A stretch of DNA of 64,000 bases from an uncultured Rhodospirillaceae bacterium (GTDB lineage: Bacteria > Pseudomonadota > Alphaproteobacteria > UBA9219): assembly GCA_964390005.1 (NCBI GenBank), contig CAYMGM010000003.1, positions 81,758 through 145,757 of the forward strand. Direction: 5' to 3'. The notes beneath the pieces are model-generated. The model was not told the origin of the DNA and searched no databases. It saw only the letters and a list, made by a program, of their open reading frames with translations. Below are positions 44,304-54,100 of the stretch, in pieces (position 1 is the first letter of the stretch; each line of letters starts with the position of its first letter). The translations under genes and the position numbers were made by a program.

Positions 44304-46289
44304 ATGCGGTTTTTGCGTGTCGGCGGGCTTTGTGTGCGCGCTCCTATCCGGCGTCTTGGTCTTTGCTTGTTGGCTGGGGCGATGTGTTTTTCTGTGACGC
44401 CTGCTTTGGCGTTGGAAGAGATCAACACTTATATTTTACCCTCGACGCCGAATTTCAGGGATCTTGCGGGCATTTCAGCGAGTAATGGCGGCACGGGGTT
44501 TGTCAATCCCACCAGCAATGGCGGCGCGATGCGGACGGGCGTCATTTATCGCTCGGATTATTTGTCTTTAAGCAACGAAGATTGGCAAAAGATCTCGACC
44601 TTGAATATTGGCCGCGATATCGATTTGCGGACCGATTCAGAAATCGCGTCTAATCCCGATCTTGTCCCGGCGGGGGCTGTCCATACGCAAATCAATATTT
44701 ATGGCACACCTGCACCAACCCCCAGTCCGTTTTGGGGCACGCCCGCAGAAGCGGTTGCGTTTATGGAAAGCGGATACCGCGATTTCGTTCGAGACCCGCC
44801 CACGCAACGGGATGGGTTTTATAATGTTTTGATGACCATCGCGCATGACGACTTTCCCGTGTTGTATCATTGCTCGGGGGGCAAGGATCGCACGGGATGG
44901 ACATCGGTCCTTCTTCAAACCATCGCGGGCGTGTCGCAAGACACGATTATGCAAGATTATCTTGCGACGAACAGTTATACCGCCGCGTTGATGGCCAGCA
45001 CGAAAGCCAACCTTTTATTGACGTATCCAACATGGGATCCCGCGACCATTGACGCGCTTTTGGGGGTGCAAGCCAGCTATCTTCAAGCGGCCTTTGATCA
45101 GGTGGCGATTTCCTATGGATCTATGGATGCCTATTTGAAAGAGGGGCTTGGGCTGACGCAGGCCGATATCTATGTCTTGCGCGCCAAGATGGTCTACTAC
45201 GCCTCACTGCCCGGTCAAAGCGGGATGGTCGGCAACGCCGCCGCAGGCGCTTCTTTGTTGAACGCACTGCAAAACACGCCGCTATCGGGGCATTACACGG
45301 CCTATAACTATTACCTGCAGTCGGCGATCGAGGCGGGGACGCTTGGCGGGGTCGAAACGCAAGTCGGCGGGCAGGTTCATGCCGATGCGGCTTCGTTCCT
45401 TTTACGTCAGCCTCAATGGATCGAGACGACGTCTCAACCCTATACCGCGCCGGAAAAAAGCGAACGTCCTTATCTTTGGATGGTTGGCTTGGGCGGCCAT
45501 TTTGAATCGAACGGCGGCAGCGGCATCGAAAGCAGCCGCGAAAACAGTGGCGGCACGCTTATGGGGGCGACCTATCGCCTTGACGACCAGATCAGCGCGA
45601 CCTTTGGCTATGGCTATCAGTGGGGCTCGGTCGGGAGCGCTGGCGGCGATGCAACGCTGAATACCTATTTGGCGATGGCGAGCGGGCGCTATGCGTTTTC
45701 TTCGCTTGAGGCCGGGCCTTATGTAACCGCGCAAGCCCATGCGGGTTATGTGGACTATGAAAGCAAACGGCATCTTGGCGGCGGCTTAGGGGCGGCAAGT
45801 GGTGATAGCGATGGCGCTCTTGTCAGCAGCTTTGTTGGGATTGGCGACCGGATCCGCGTGCCGTCTTTGACGCTGACACCGCAAACGGGCGTGCGCGTTA
45901 CACATCTTTTCCTTGGCGGCTTTCAAGAAACCGGTAGCGATCTTGCCTTGAAGGTGAAGTCGATGAACCCGATGACATCAAGCGGCGCCGCGCGGTTCGA
46001 GGCGCGTATGGATCCTCAATCCGTTGGCGCGTGGACATTTGCGCCTGCTGTGGCGGTTGGTTATGAACGTGCGTTTAACGATCCGCAAAGCGAGACCACA
46101 GGATCGCTTTATAATTTGCAAGTCAGTCAAAAGTCGGCTTTTGACAGCCGAAATCTTGCCAATTTAGATTTGGATGTGACGGCGCGTTATGAATCGCTTG
46201 TTGTGAAGGCGGGGCTTTCCGGTCTGATTGGCGATGCTGCCAAAAGCAGCGGTGTCAATGGGCGCTTGTCGGTGAGTTACAATTTCTAG
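44304..46289 (+). CDS. Autotransporter with a protein-tyrosine/dual-specificity phosphatase-like (CX5R) passenger
   Basis: Signal peptide (...CLLAGAMCFSVTPALA). NFRDLAG and IYRSDYL, then the P-loop LYHCSGGKDRTGW (HCxxGxxR(S/T)) at about 44868..44897, typical of the Y_phosphatase3-type family. The C-terminal roughly 280 aa are beta-barrel-like, ending GRLSVSYNF. Confidence 0.8.
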   Translation: MRFLRVGGLCVRAPIRRLGLCLLAGAMCFSVTPALALEEINTYILPSTPNFRDLAGISASNGGTGFVNPTSNGGAMRTGVIYRSDYLSLSNEDWQKISTLNIGRDIDLRTDSEIASNPDLVPAGAVHTQINIYGTPAPTPSPFWGTPAEAVAFMESGYRDFVRDPPTQRDGFYNVLMTIAHDDFPVLYHCSGGKDRTGWTSVLLQTIAGVSQDTIMQDYLATNSYTAALMASTKANLLLTYPTWDPATIDALLGVQASYLQAAFDQVAISYGSMDAYLKEGLGLTQADIYVLRAKMVYYASLPGQSGMVGNAAAGASLLNALQNTPLSGHYTAYNYYLQSAIEAGTLGGVETQVGGQVHADAASFLLRQPQWIETTSQPYTAPEKSERPYLWMVGLGGHFESNGGSGIESSRENSGGTLMGATYRLDDQISATFGYGYQWGSVGSAGGDATLNTYLAMASGRYAFSSLEAGPYVTAQAHAGYVDYESKRHLGGGLGAASGDSDGALVSSFVGIGDRIRVPSLTLTPQTGVRVTHLFLGGFQETGSDLALKVKSMNPMTSSGAARFEARMDPQSVGAWTFAPAVAVGYERAFNDPQSETTGSLYNLQVSQKSAFDSRNLANLDLDVTARYESLVVKAGLSGLIGDAAKSSGVNGRLSVSYNF

Positions 46290-46455
46290 CGTTCGTCGTC
46301 TGCTTTGAGGCTTCTATCGTTCTATGTGATAGAAATTGTCGCTTGCGGAAACGAATCCTGTTGTTAAACTCTAGGACCGTAGAGATCCCTTCGTCTTGTT
46401 CAGATTCTTATCTGCTCTTGGCGCCGTCATTCTTTAGCAAAAGGAGAGGCTTTCC

Positions 46456-46971
46456 ATGATTGAGCGTAAAAACATCGTCACTTTTCTAGGAAATCCGCTG
46501 ACCCTGTTGGGTGAGGCCGTCTCTATTGGACAAAAGGCGCCGCCGTTTCAGGTTTTGGATAACGGGTTGCAGGAAAAAACAGGAGATGATTTTGCTGGCG
46601 ATGTTTGCATCGTCGCTGCTGTGCCGTCGCTTGATACGCCCGTGTGCGACACCGAAGCGCGCCGCTTTAATGCCGCGGCTGCGAAGCTGGGCGCAGGCGT
46701 GAAGGTTTTGACGATCAGCATGGATCTGCCCTTTGCGCAAAAGCGTTGGTGCGCGGGCGAAGGACTGGCCAATGTCATCACCCTGTCGGATCATCGTCTG
46801 GCCAGCTTTGGCGAAAACTGGGGCGTTTTGATCAAAGAGTTACGGCTTTTGGCGCGCGCTGTTTTTGTCGTCGATCGCGGTGGCTTTGTCCGGTATGTCG
46901 AAATCGTTCCCGAAGCCTCGCATGAGCCCAATTACGAAGCGGCGCTGGCGGCAGCATCGGCGTTGCTTTAG
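46456..46971 (+). CDS. tpx: Thiol peroxidase (atypical 2-Cys peroxiredoxin)
   Basis: VPSLDTPVCDTEARRFN (peroxidatic Cys) and FAQKRWCAGEG (resolving Cys). Confidence 0.92.
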   Translation: MIERKNIVTFLGNPLTLLGEAVSIGQKAPPFQVLDNGLQEKTGDDFAGDVCIVAAVPSLDTPVCDTEARRFNAAAAKLGAGVKVLTISMDLPFAQKRWCAGEGLANVITLSDHRLASFGENWGVLIKELRLLARAVFVVDRGGFVRYVEIVPEASHEPNYEAALAAASALL

Positions 46972-47016
46972 TTGTCGATCCTGACGATTTGACGTAGGGC
47001 TGGGGTTCGGCTCCCT

Positions 47017-47619
47017 TCATTCATGGGGCGTTGAAAGCGTTTCGATCGCGCGTCCGTAGGCGTCGACCTCAAGGTCTTTGATGCGTTGTTCTAAGCTTTC
47101 GACGGTTTCATCTTTCGCCAGTGTTATCTTCAACTGTGTGACGATGGGGCCCGTATCGTATTCGGCGTCGGCAAGGTGAATGGTCACGCCGGATTCTTTT
47201 TCTCCGGCAGCGATGACGGCTTCATGAACAAAGCGCCCATACATCCCTTTGCCGCCAAACTTTGGTAGAAGGGCTGGATGTGAATTGAGAATGCGGCCAG
47301 AAAAAGCGTGCAAGGTCAGAGGGCCTATCTTTTTCATATATCCGGCAAGGATCACCCAATCGACTTGATATTCTTGCAGGCGGCTGCAAATGGCGCTGTC
47401 GATGTTATCTTCGCCGACCGTCGTTTTGTTGATGACAAAAGAGGGGACGTTGAATCGCGCCGCGACATCACGGCACGCCGCGCCGGAATTGTTCGTGATA
47501 AGAACCACAGGGACAAGAGGCTTTGAAGATTGTGTCTTTTGTTCAAGCATCAGCCGAAAGGATGTCCCATTGTGCGACGCCAGAAAGCCAACGCGAAGCG
47601 GCGGAAGCGGTGACTTCAT
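47017..47619 (-). CDS. purN: Phosphoribosylglycinamide formyltransferase
   Basis: VGFLASHNGTS, ILAGYMKKIG, NSHPALLPKFGG (HPSLLP motif) and TIHLADAEYDTGPI. Confidence 0.88.
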   Translation of the reverse strand: MKSPLPPLRVGFLASHNGTSFRLMLEQKTQSSKPLVPVVLITNNSGAACRDVAARFNVPSFVINKTTVGEDNIDSAICSRLQEYQVDWVILAGYMKKIGPLTLHAFSGRILNSHPALLPKFGGKGMYGRFVHEAVIAAGEKESGVTIHLADAEYDTGPIVTQLKITLAKDETVESLEQRIKDLEVDAYGRAIETLSTPHE

Positions 47620-47768
47620 TCTATTTTCTCCTTTTCAAACGGCGCTTGGGCAATGGGGTTCAGGTTAAGGCTTTGCCTTCACTTGTCGAAGGTTTGGACA
47701 ATAACGTCTTTTCCCTTTAAAAGGAATGTCTCGCCCTTATTCCTTTCAGCCTGAAAAGGAGGTTGCTT

Positions 47769-48518
47769 ATGCCTATCGCTCTTATTACTGGTGGCAGTCG
47801 TGGCCTGGGAAAAAGTATGTGCTTACATGTGGCCGCTGCAGGCTGCGATGTGATTTTGACCTACAAAACGAAAAAAGACGAAGCCGATGCCGTCGTCCGC
47901 GAAATCGAAAGCAAAGGCGTACGAGCCGCTGCTTTATCTCTTGATATGGCCGATAGCGCTGGTTTTGCCTTATTTGCTACGTCTGTGCGCGACGTTCTTG
48001 AAAAAATGGGGGCCGCTTCTTTTGATTATTTGGTCAACAATGCTGGGATTGGCCTTTATGCGCCTTTTGCCGAAACATCGCCCGCGCAGCTTGACCTCAT
48101 GTTTGCGCTGCACCTTAAGGGGCCTTTCTTTTTAACGCAGGCTTTGTTGCCACTCATCAAAGATGGGGGACGAATCCTGAATGTGTCGAGCGGTCTGGCT
48201 CGTTTCTCGCGGCCCGGCATGTCGGCCTATGCTTGCATGAAAGGCGCTGTCGAGGTCTTAACGCGCTATTTAGCCTTAGAGCTAGGAGCGCGTCGCATTG
48301 CCGTGAACACCGTTGCGCCCGGCGCCATCGAAACGGATTTTGGCGGCGGTCTTGTTCGCGATAATAAAGAAGTGAATCGCGAGATTGCCGCGGGTACGGC
48401 ATTAGGCCGGGTTGGTCTTCCCGACGATATCGGTGGGGTCGTGGCGAGCCTTCTCAATCCGGCTATGGAGTGGGTTAACGGCCAACGCCTTGAAGTGTCA
48501 GGCGGGGTCTTTCTGTAA
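47769..48518 (+). CDS. SDR-family oxidoreductase
   Basis: ITGGSRGLGKS (TGxxxGxG), VNNAGIG and S...YACMKGAV (YxxxK). AAGGAGG RBS before ATG 47769. Confidence 0.88.
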   Translation: MPIALITGGSRGLGKSMCLHVAAAGCDVILTYKTKKDEADAVVREIESKGVRAAALSLDMADSAGFALFATSVRDVLEKMGAASFDYLVNNAGIGLYAPFAETSPAQLDLMFALHLKGPFFLTQALLPLIKDGGRILNVSSGLARFSRPGMSAYACMKGAVEVLTRYLALELGARRIAVNTVAPGAIETDFGGGLVRDNKEVNREIAAGTALGRVGLPDDIGGVVASLLNPAMEWVNGQRLEVSGGVFL

Positions 48519-48568
48519 TATCCGTTTTGAGGCTTGACCCAAGGCAGTCTTTCCGTAACGATCCTGTT

Positions 48569-48949
48569 ATGGACAAGGATTTGACGGAGCAACAGCGCCT
48601 TTTGGCGCGGACGTTGGCGGATCGCTATGGGCTTTCATTCCCTGGCGGCGTTCTAGATGACCCTTCTTTTGGAAAAAAGTTTTTGGACCTGTTCGCTTGG
48701 GATCCGGATTCGGACCAGACGACGGGGTTTCGGCGCGTTTCAGTGATTGAGAGCTATCTTTATTATGATAAGGATATTGGGCACCTGCAAAACAAGCTTG
48801 AGCTCAGTCGCGCTGACGTCGCCTTTATGATCAAGGTGTTGGCCGAATATAAATATGGCGGCGAAATCCCGCGCGAACGCGACGAACCCGATCGCGATCC
48901 CGAGGATATCTATTATGAAAAGCTTGATACGGTCGCCGTCGAATCTTAG
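48569..48949 (+). CDS. Hypothetical protein
   Basis: 126 aa from MDKDLTEQQRLL (the track ORF begins at 48527). Acidic C-terminus; no family recognised. Confidence 0.45.
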   Translation: MDKDLTEQQRLLARTLADRYGLSFPGGVLDDPSFGKKFLDLFAWDPDSDQTTGFRRVSVIESYLYYDKDIGHLQNKLELSRADVAFMIKVLAEYKYGGEIPRERDEPDRDPEDIYYEKLDTVAVES

Positions 48950-49518
48950 GCCGGGACGGCTTCGGTGTCGTAGGTGACAAGGCTGGAGACAGGCAGGTCC
49001 ATGCTTTCTAGCTTTTGGCGGCCGGGCAAGAAGGTCAGCTCGACAACAAAAGCCGCGCGCGTCACGACGGCCCCCATTTGACGGGCCAAAGATGTTGCGG
49101 CGCTTGCGGTGCCACCGGTCGCCAGTAAATCGTCGATAAGGACGGCCCGTTGGCCTTTTTGCAGAATACCTTCTTGAATCTCGATGGTGTCCGAACCGTA
49201 TTCAAGGTCATAAGTATAAGAGGCCGTTTGACCCGGCAGCTTGCCTTTTTTGCGGACCATGACAAAGCCGATGCCTAAAAGAGCCGCAACAGGCGCGCCC
49301 ATCAGAAAACCGCGCGATTCGATCCCCAGCAAGACATCGGGCTTTTCGGCGCGCACCACGTTGGCCAAGCGCCCAACGGTGGCCTCCCACGCGGGGCCAT
49401 GCGCTAAAAGTGTTCCAATATCGTAGAAAAGGATGCCGGGTTTGGGAAAGTTAGGAATTCCGCGAATATGCTTTTTAAGATCCAGCGTTGTTGAATCAAG
49501 GGCGTCAAGCGAAGACAC
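48946..49518 (-). CDS. apt: Adenine phosphoribosyltransferase
   Basis: IPNFPKPGILFYDI and the PRPP-binding VLIDDLLATGGTA. Confidence 0.92.
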   Translation of the reverse strand: MSSLDALDSTTLDLKKHIRGIPNFPKPGILFYDIGTLLAHGPAWEATVGRLANVVRAEKPDVLLGIESRGFLMGAPVAALLGIGFVMVRKKGKLPGQTASYTYDLEYGSDTIEIQEGILQKGQRAVLIDDLLATGGTASAATSLARQMGAVVTRAAFVVELTFLPGRQKLESMDLPVSSLVTYDTEAVPA

Positions 49519-49762
49519 GGCAGCTCCTATGTTCTTGCGAGGAAAAGAAAAACGAAGACCCTTAGGAGAATTAACCGGATTCTAACGAAAGGTGAAGGAA
49601 AAAGAAAAGAGAAGTTAAAAAAGAAGGCAAGTTGTTGATGTCATACCGCTGCATATAAAAACAGTATATGACGACAAGATGGCTTGTATCGTGCGGACGA
49701 GACGGTATAGTTAAATCGTCTCTATTCGTAAAATCCTTAGGCTTGTTATCCGAGGTTCCTCT

Positions 49763-50881
49763 ATGGCCGCTTATCTTTCGCAAGCAGACGTCGAAAAATT
49801 GATGAAAGAGCCTTCGCCGCTTGCGCGGGCCGAGGTTGCGGCCAAATTAGGTCAGGAAATCGACAATCCTCAGCTTTCGGCCAGCGAAGTCGCGATGGCG
49901 CACGATATCGTTCGCCTTATGGCCCGCGATGTCGAAATGTCTGTGCGCGCATCGTTGGCGCAGAATTTGCGCCGTGCCGTGCGCCTCCCCCATGACGTCG
50001 CTTTGCAGTTGGCACGCGATGTCGAAGCGGTCGCTTTGCCGATCCTGCAAGAATCAACCGTTCTGACAGACCATGATCTGATTTCGATCATTCAAGCCGA
50101 TTCGCCCCAAAAGCATGAAGCGATCGCAAGCCGCGAAAATGTTTCGGCTGAGGTCTCGGAAGCCATTATTACCAATGCCGGTGAAGGCGCTGTCGCCAAG
50201 CTGATGCAAAATAACACCGCGCAAATCTCGGAAAACAGCTTTAACAAGGCGATCGATCGCTTCCAAGCCTCTGACAATGTGAAAGAAGCTATTGTTAAAC
50301 GCGAAGCCCTCCCTGTTACGGTGGCCGAGCGTTTGACGTTCATCGTTTCTTCGCAATTGCAGGATTATCTCGTTTCGCATCACGAACTTTCTCCGGCTGT
50401 TGCCGCCGATCTTGTGCTGCAAAGCCGTGAGCGGACGATTGTCAACCTTTCGCGCGGGGGCGAAGAGGAAGATATTGAGCAACTGGTTCAACAAATGTTT
50501 CAAAACAACCGGTTAACCTCTTCGATCGTTCTGCGGGCTTTGTGCGTCGGCGATTTGCCCTTTTTTGAGGCCGCTATTGCCATTCGGGGTAATATTCCGC
50601 TGACCAATGCGCGAATCCTGATTCATGATGCGGGACATTTAGGGTTAAAGACCCTTTATGAAAAGGCTGGTATGCCCCCGAATTTACTGCCAATTGTGCG
50701 GGCCGCTTTGGACGTTTTACATAATACCGAGATGTCGGATGAAGGCAAAGATGCTGTAAGCCTTTATCGCGCCTGTGTTTTAGAGAGAATTCTGACCCAA
50801 TTTGAGCATTTGGCGTCGGATGATATCGATTATCTTGTGGCGAAGCTTGGCGACATTTTAACCCCAGCTTCTGCGGCCTAA
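49763..50881 (+). CDS. DUF2336-like helical-repeat protein
   Basis: 372 aa of HEAT-like helical repeats (...RAEVAAKLGQEI...VRASLAQNLRRAVRLPHDVALQLARDVEAVALPILQESTVLTDHDLISII), matching my recollection of alphaproteobacterial DUF2336 proteins. Confidence 0.65.
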   Translation: MAAYLSQADVEKLMKEPSPLARAEVAAKLGQEIDNPQLSASEVAMAHDIVRLMARDVEMSVRASLAQNLRRAVRLPHDVALQLARDVEAVALPILQESTVLTDHDLISIIQADSPQKHEAIASRENVSAEVSEAIITNAGEGAVAKLMQNNTAQISENSFNKAIDRFQASDNVKEAIVKREALPVTVAERLTFIVSSQLQDYLVSHHELSPAVAADLVLQSRERTIVNLSRGGEEEDIEQLVQQMFQNNRLTSSIVLRALCVGDLPFFEAAIAIRGNIPLTNARILIHDAGHLGLKTLYEKAGMPPNLLPIVRAALDVLHNTEMSDEGKDAVSLYRACVLERILTQFEHLASDDIDYLVAKLGDILTPASAA

Positions 50882-51146
50882 GTTCCGAAAGGAACGAAAT
50901 ATTAACAATTTGGGTGCAAATTTGAAGAGAGCTTGAGGCAGGTGCGTCTCAAGCAAGGTTTCGTGTGCGCCCTTTGATTTGAAACGATGTGTTGATCGGG
51001 CGCGCCTTCTTGAACAATTGAGCGTTGAGCATAGCGCGAGGATGTTTAATGGCGACAAGGAATACGATAAAAATCAGTCGATTTTTAAAGACGTTTCCAT
51101 GGCGCCAAACGTCTTGCAAAGGATCATTTTTATGTGGGGGCGTGTC

Positions 51147-54100
51147 ATGACACACAGCCGGATTTTTTGTGCATCCGAACGATCGGACTTGCCCTCTTCA
51201 AAACGACGCGGCTTTGCTATCGCACCAATCCTGTATTTGCTGATGATGATCGGCGTTGCCGCCGGTATGCTGTTCAGCAGCTTTAGTCAGGTTCTTCATA
51301 GCAACATCAATACAACAAATATGTTGACGGCGAAGAACGATATCAATGCCATCGCGACAGCTTTATCGGCGTCGAGCGGTGTCTCGGAAGGGTTGGTTTG
51401 TACGCCGCCGTCAAGTGCTGCGGCTGCCACGGGGGCATGCGCAACGGCGACAATCCGAAATCTTCTTGTTCCTCTGGCTTCTGCCGATGCGGCGCATCTA
51501 CCGAAAAATAAGGAAGCTCTTGCTGGATCGGGGGGGAATCCTCCGGCAGAATATGGCGTTCTTTCCGCCGATGCGGGGGTTAAACAACTCGACCCCTGGG
51601 GCCATTATTATATCTATTGTCGTTGGAACACCGCGGTTCTCAATGACATGAACAAGCAAGTCATCAAGATTATTACGGCGGGACCGTCTGGCACATTGCA
51701 ATCAACTTGCGATGATGGCGGCAACAACGCCAACGCCGTCGGAGACAACCAGGTCATTTCTTTGACCGGGAATATGATCAAACAACGTGCCTCGGTGTGG
51801 GTCAATCAGGGGCAAAATGCAACCTACGGCACGACAGACGCGCAGGTTCTTGTGACGGCGACCGGCGGTATGGAAGCCATAAAGGCAAGCGTCGCGGGCC
51901 TTGTCGCGCAGACGGCGACGATTGGTTCTTTTCATGGTCAAAATGGGCACTTTGACTCTTTGACCTTGGGCACGCCTTTGGATATCGCCTATGGCGGTAC
52001 AGGGGCTTCCGATTCGCTTCATGCACGCAATAACTTGGGGTCTGGGGCTATTGGCGACAGCCTTTTTGTTTCTACAACGGCGACAGACGCGCGCGCGACC
52101 TTAGAGGCGGGCGCGATCGGCGGGTCGTTGTTTGTGGCCGGAACGGCGACCGAAGCGCGGAGCGTTCTTGAAGCTGGCGCTGTTGGTGGGTCTGTTTTTG
52201 TCGCGGCAACGACAACAAGCGCGCGCGATGCTTTAGGGGCAGGCGCGATTGGTCATCAGCTTTTCACCTCAACAAGCCAGTCCGGTGCGCGAAGCGATCT
52301 TGGGGCTGGGACAACGGGCGATTCTTTGTTCCAAGCCTCGGATCCTCATGCGGGAAGATCCGTTCTCGGCGCTGGGACAGTTGGAGAAGGCGTTTTTCAA
52401 TCGATGACTTATGCTGCAGCGTGGGCCGCTTTGGGGCTGACGGGCGGGTCAGGAACGTTGCAAGTGAATGTGACAGGCCAAGCCGGGACCGTTCCCGCTA
52501 CGGGGATTGTCGGTATCGTTTCAATTTCGCAAGGCGGTACGGGGGCTTCAAGCGCGGCATCGGCGCGTACGAATCTGGGCGCAGATAACGCTAGTAATTT
52601 GACAACAGGGACGCTGTCTGTGTCGCGCCTTGCCGACAACTCGATTACCAGCGCAAAACTGACCACAACAGGCGTGACCGCGCAGACTTATAATTGGGGT
52701 ACAGTCGATGCGGCAGGTCGTGTGACAGAGGCAAACGACGTTGTTTTAGGAAATCTTACGGATGGAAGTGGCGACGGTATCGCTGCCTCGACTTCCGGTG
52801 GCGGTTCTTTGACGTTTATGACCGCCAGCACCGTTTGGATGACGTTAGACTCGAATGGGTATTTAGGGCTCAATGTCGCCAATCCGGGCGAACGTTTGCA
52901 TGTGAACGTTGGCAATATCCGCGTGTCGGGACCTGCCGCCACGGCGCGTGATTTGCAGTTTACGACAAGTACGTCTAGCTTGCGTTGGGTTTTGGGGACC
53001 GACAGCACGGCGGAAAGCGGTAGCAACGCGGGCTCGAACTTTTTCCTGAACCGTTATAGCGATGCGGGCGGTGCGCTTGGTACAGTGCTTGCGATTACGC
53101 GTTCGACAGGGGCCGCATCTTTTTCAGGCACCGTCGCTTCAACAGGCGGTTTCAATGGCAATTTGACAGGCAATGTGACGGGGCAAATCTCGCTTCCCGA
53201 TGGGACTGTCGGCGCGCCTTCGATGAACTTTCAGAACAATGCCAACATGGGGCTTTACCGTCCCGGCGCCAGCGCGATGGCGTTTGTGACTGGCGGGGCC
53301 GAGCGTTTGCGTTTGTCCGCGACCGCAGGGATCGGTATTGGGACGACCGCGCCGCGTGTGGCGTTGGATATCGGGTCTTTAACTGACGCGATGGTTCTTC
53401 CTGTCGGAACGACGGCACAGCGTCCGGGGTCAAACTTTGCTGGCGCGGTGCGCTATAACACGACGATCCCGTCGCTTGAAGTCAACAACGGGAGCGGGTG
53501 GAGTTCACTTATTACCAGCACATCGTCAATGTCGAGTGGCGTCATTTTAGGGGCCTCGGCGGCGGCGACAAACCCCCAGCGTTCGGGCGATGCGACGACG
53601 GGCCTGTTCAGCGCGGCGGCGGGGACGGTCAGCGTGGCGTCGTCGAGCGCGGAAGTTGCACGTTTCAGCGCGACAGGGCTTAATTTGCCAGGCTTGACGA
53701 CGGCCTATTCGATTGCGGGCAGCAAGGTCGCTGCGCTGCCGGGTAGCGATACGACCAGTCTGGCTTTGGGGCCGAATGCCTTGGCCGCGCAAAATACCAC
53801 AAGCTTGAACAACGTCGCGGTAGGCTCGCAGGCAGCGACAAGCCTGTTATCCGGTCATGAAAACGTCGCCGTGGGCGTTCAAGCCCTTTACACGACGACG
53901 ACCGGTTATCAGAACGTCGCGGTGGGTACGCATGCCCTTTATACCGATTCATCCGGCGCGCAAAACTTGGCGGCTGGCTATGAAGCCCTGTACAAAAACA
54001 CGACCGGGTCGGACAACGTCGCCAGTGGTGCGCGAGCTCTTTATAGCAACCAAGGCGGCAACAATAACGCGACGCTTGGCTATGAAGCGATGTACTATAA

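Noticed and set aside
51100-51117. Possible sigma-54 (-24/-12) promoter TGGCGC-N8-TTGC upstream of the giant ORF
   Set aside because: The spacer between the GG and GC elements is 3 nt too long relative to TGGCAC-N5-TTGC, and the -24 box is imperfect. Other TGGCAC matches (e.g. near 50010, 40060) lie inside coding regions without a TTGC at the right distance.
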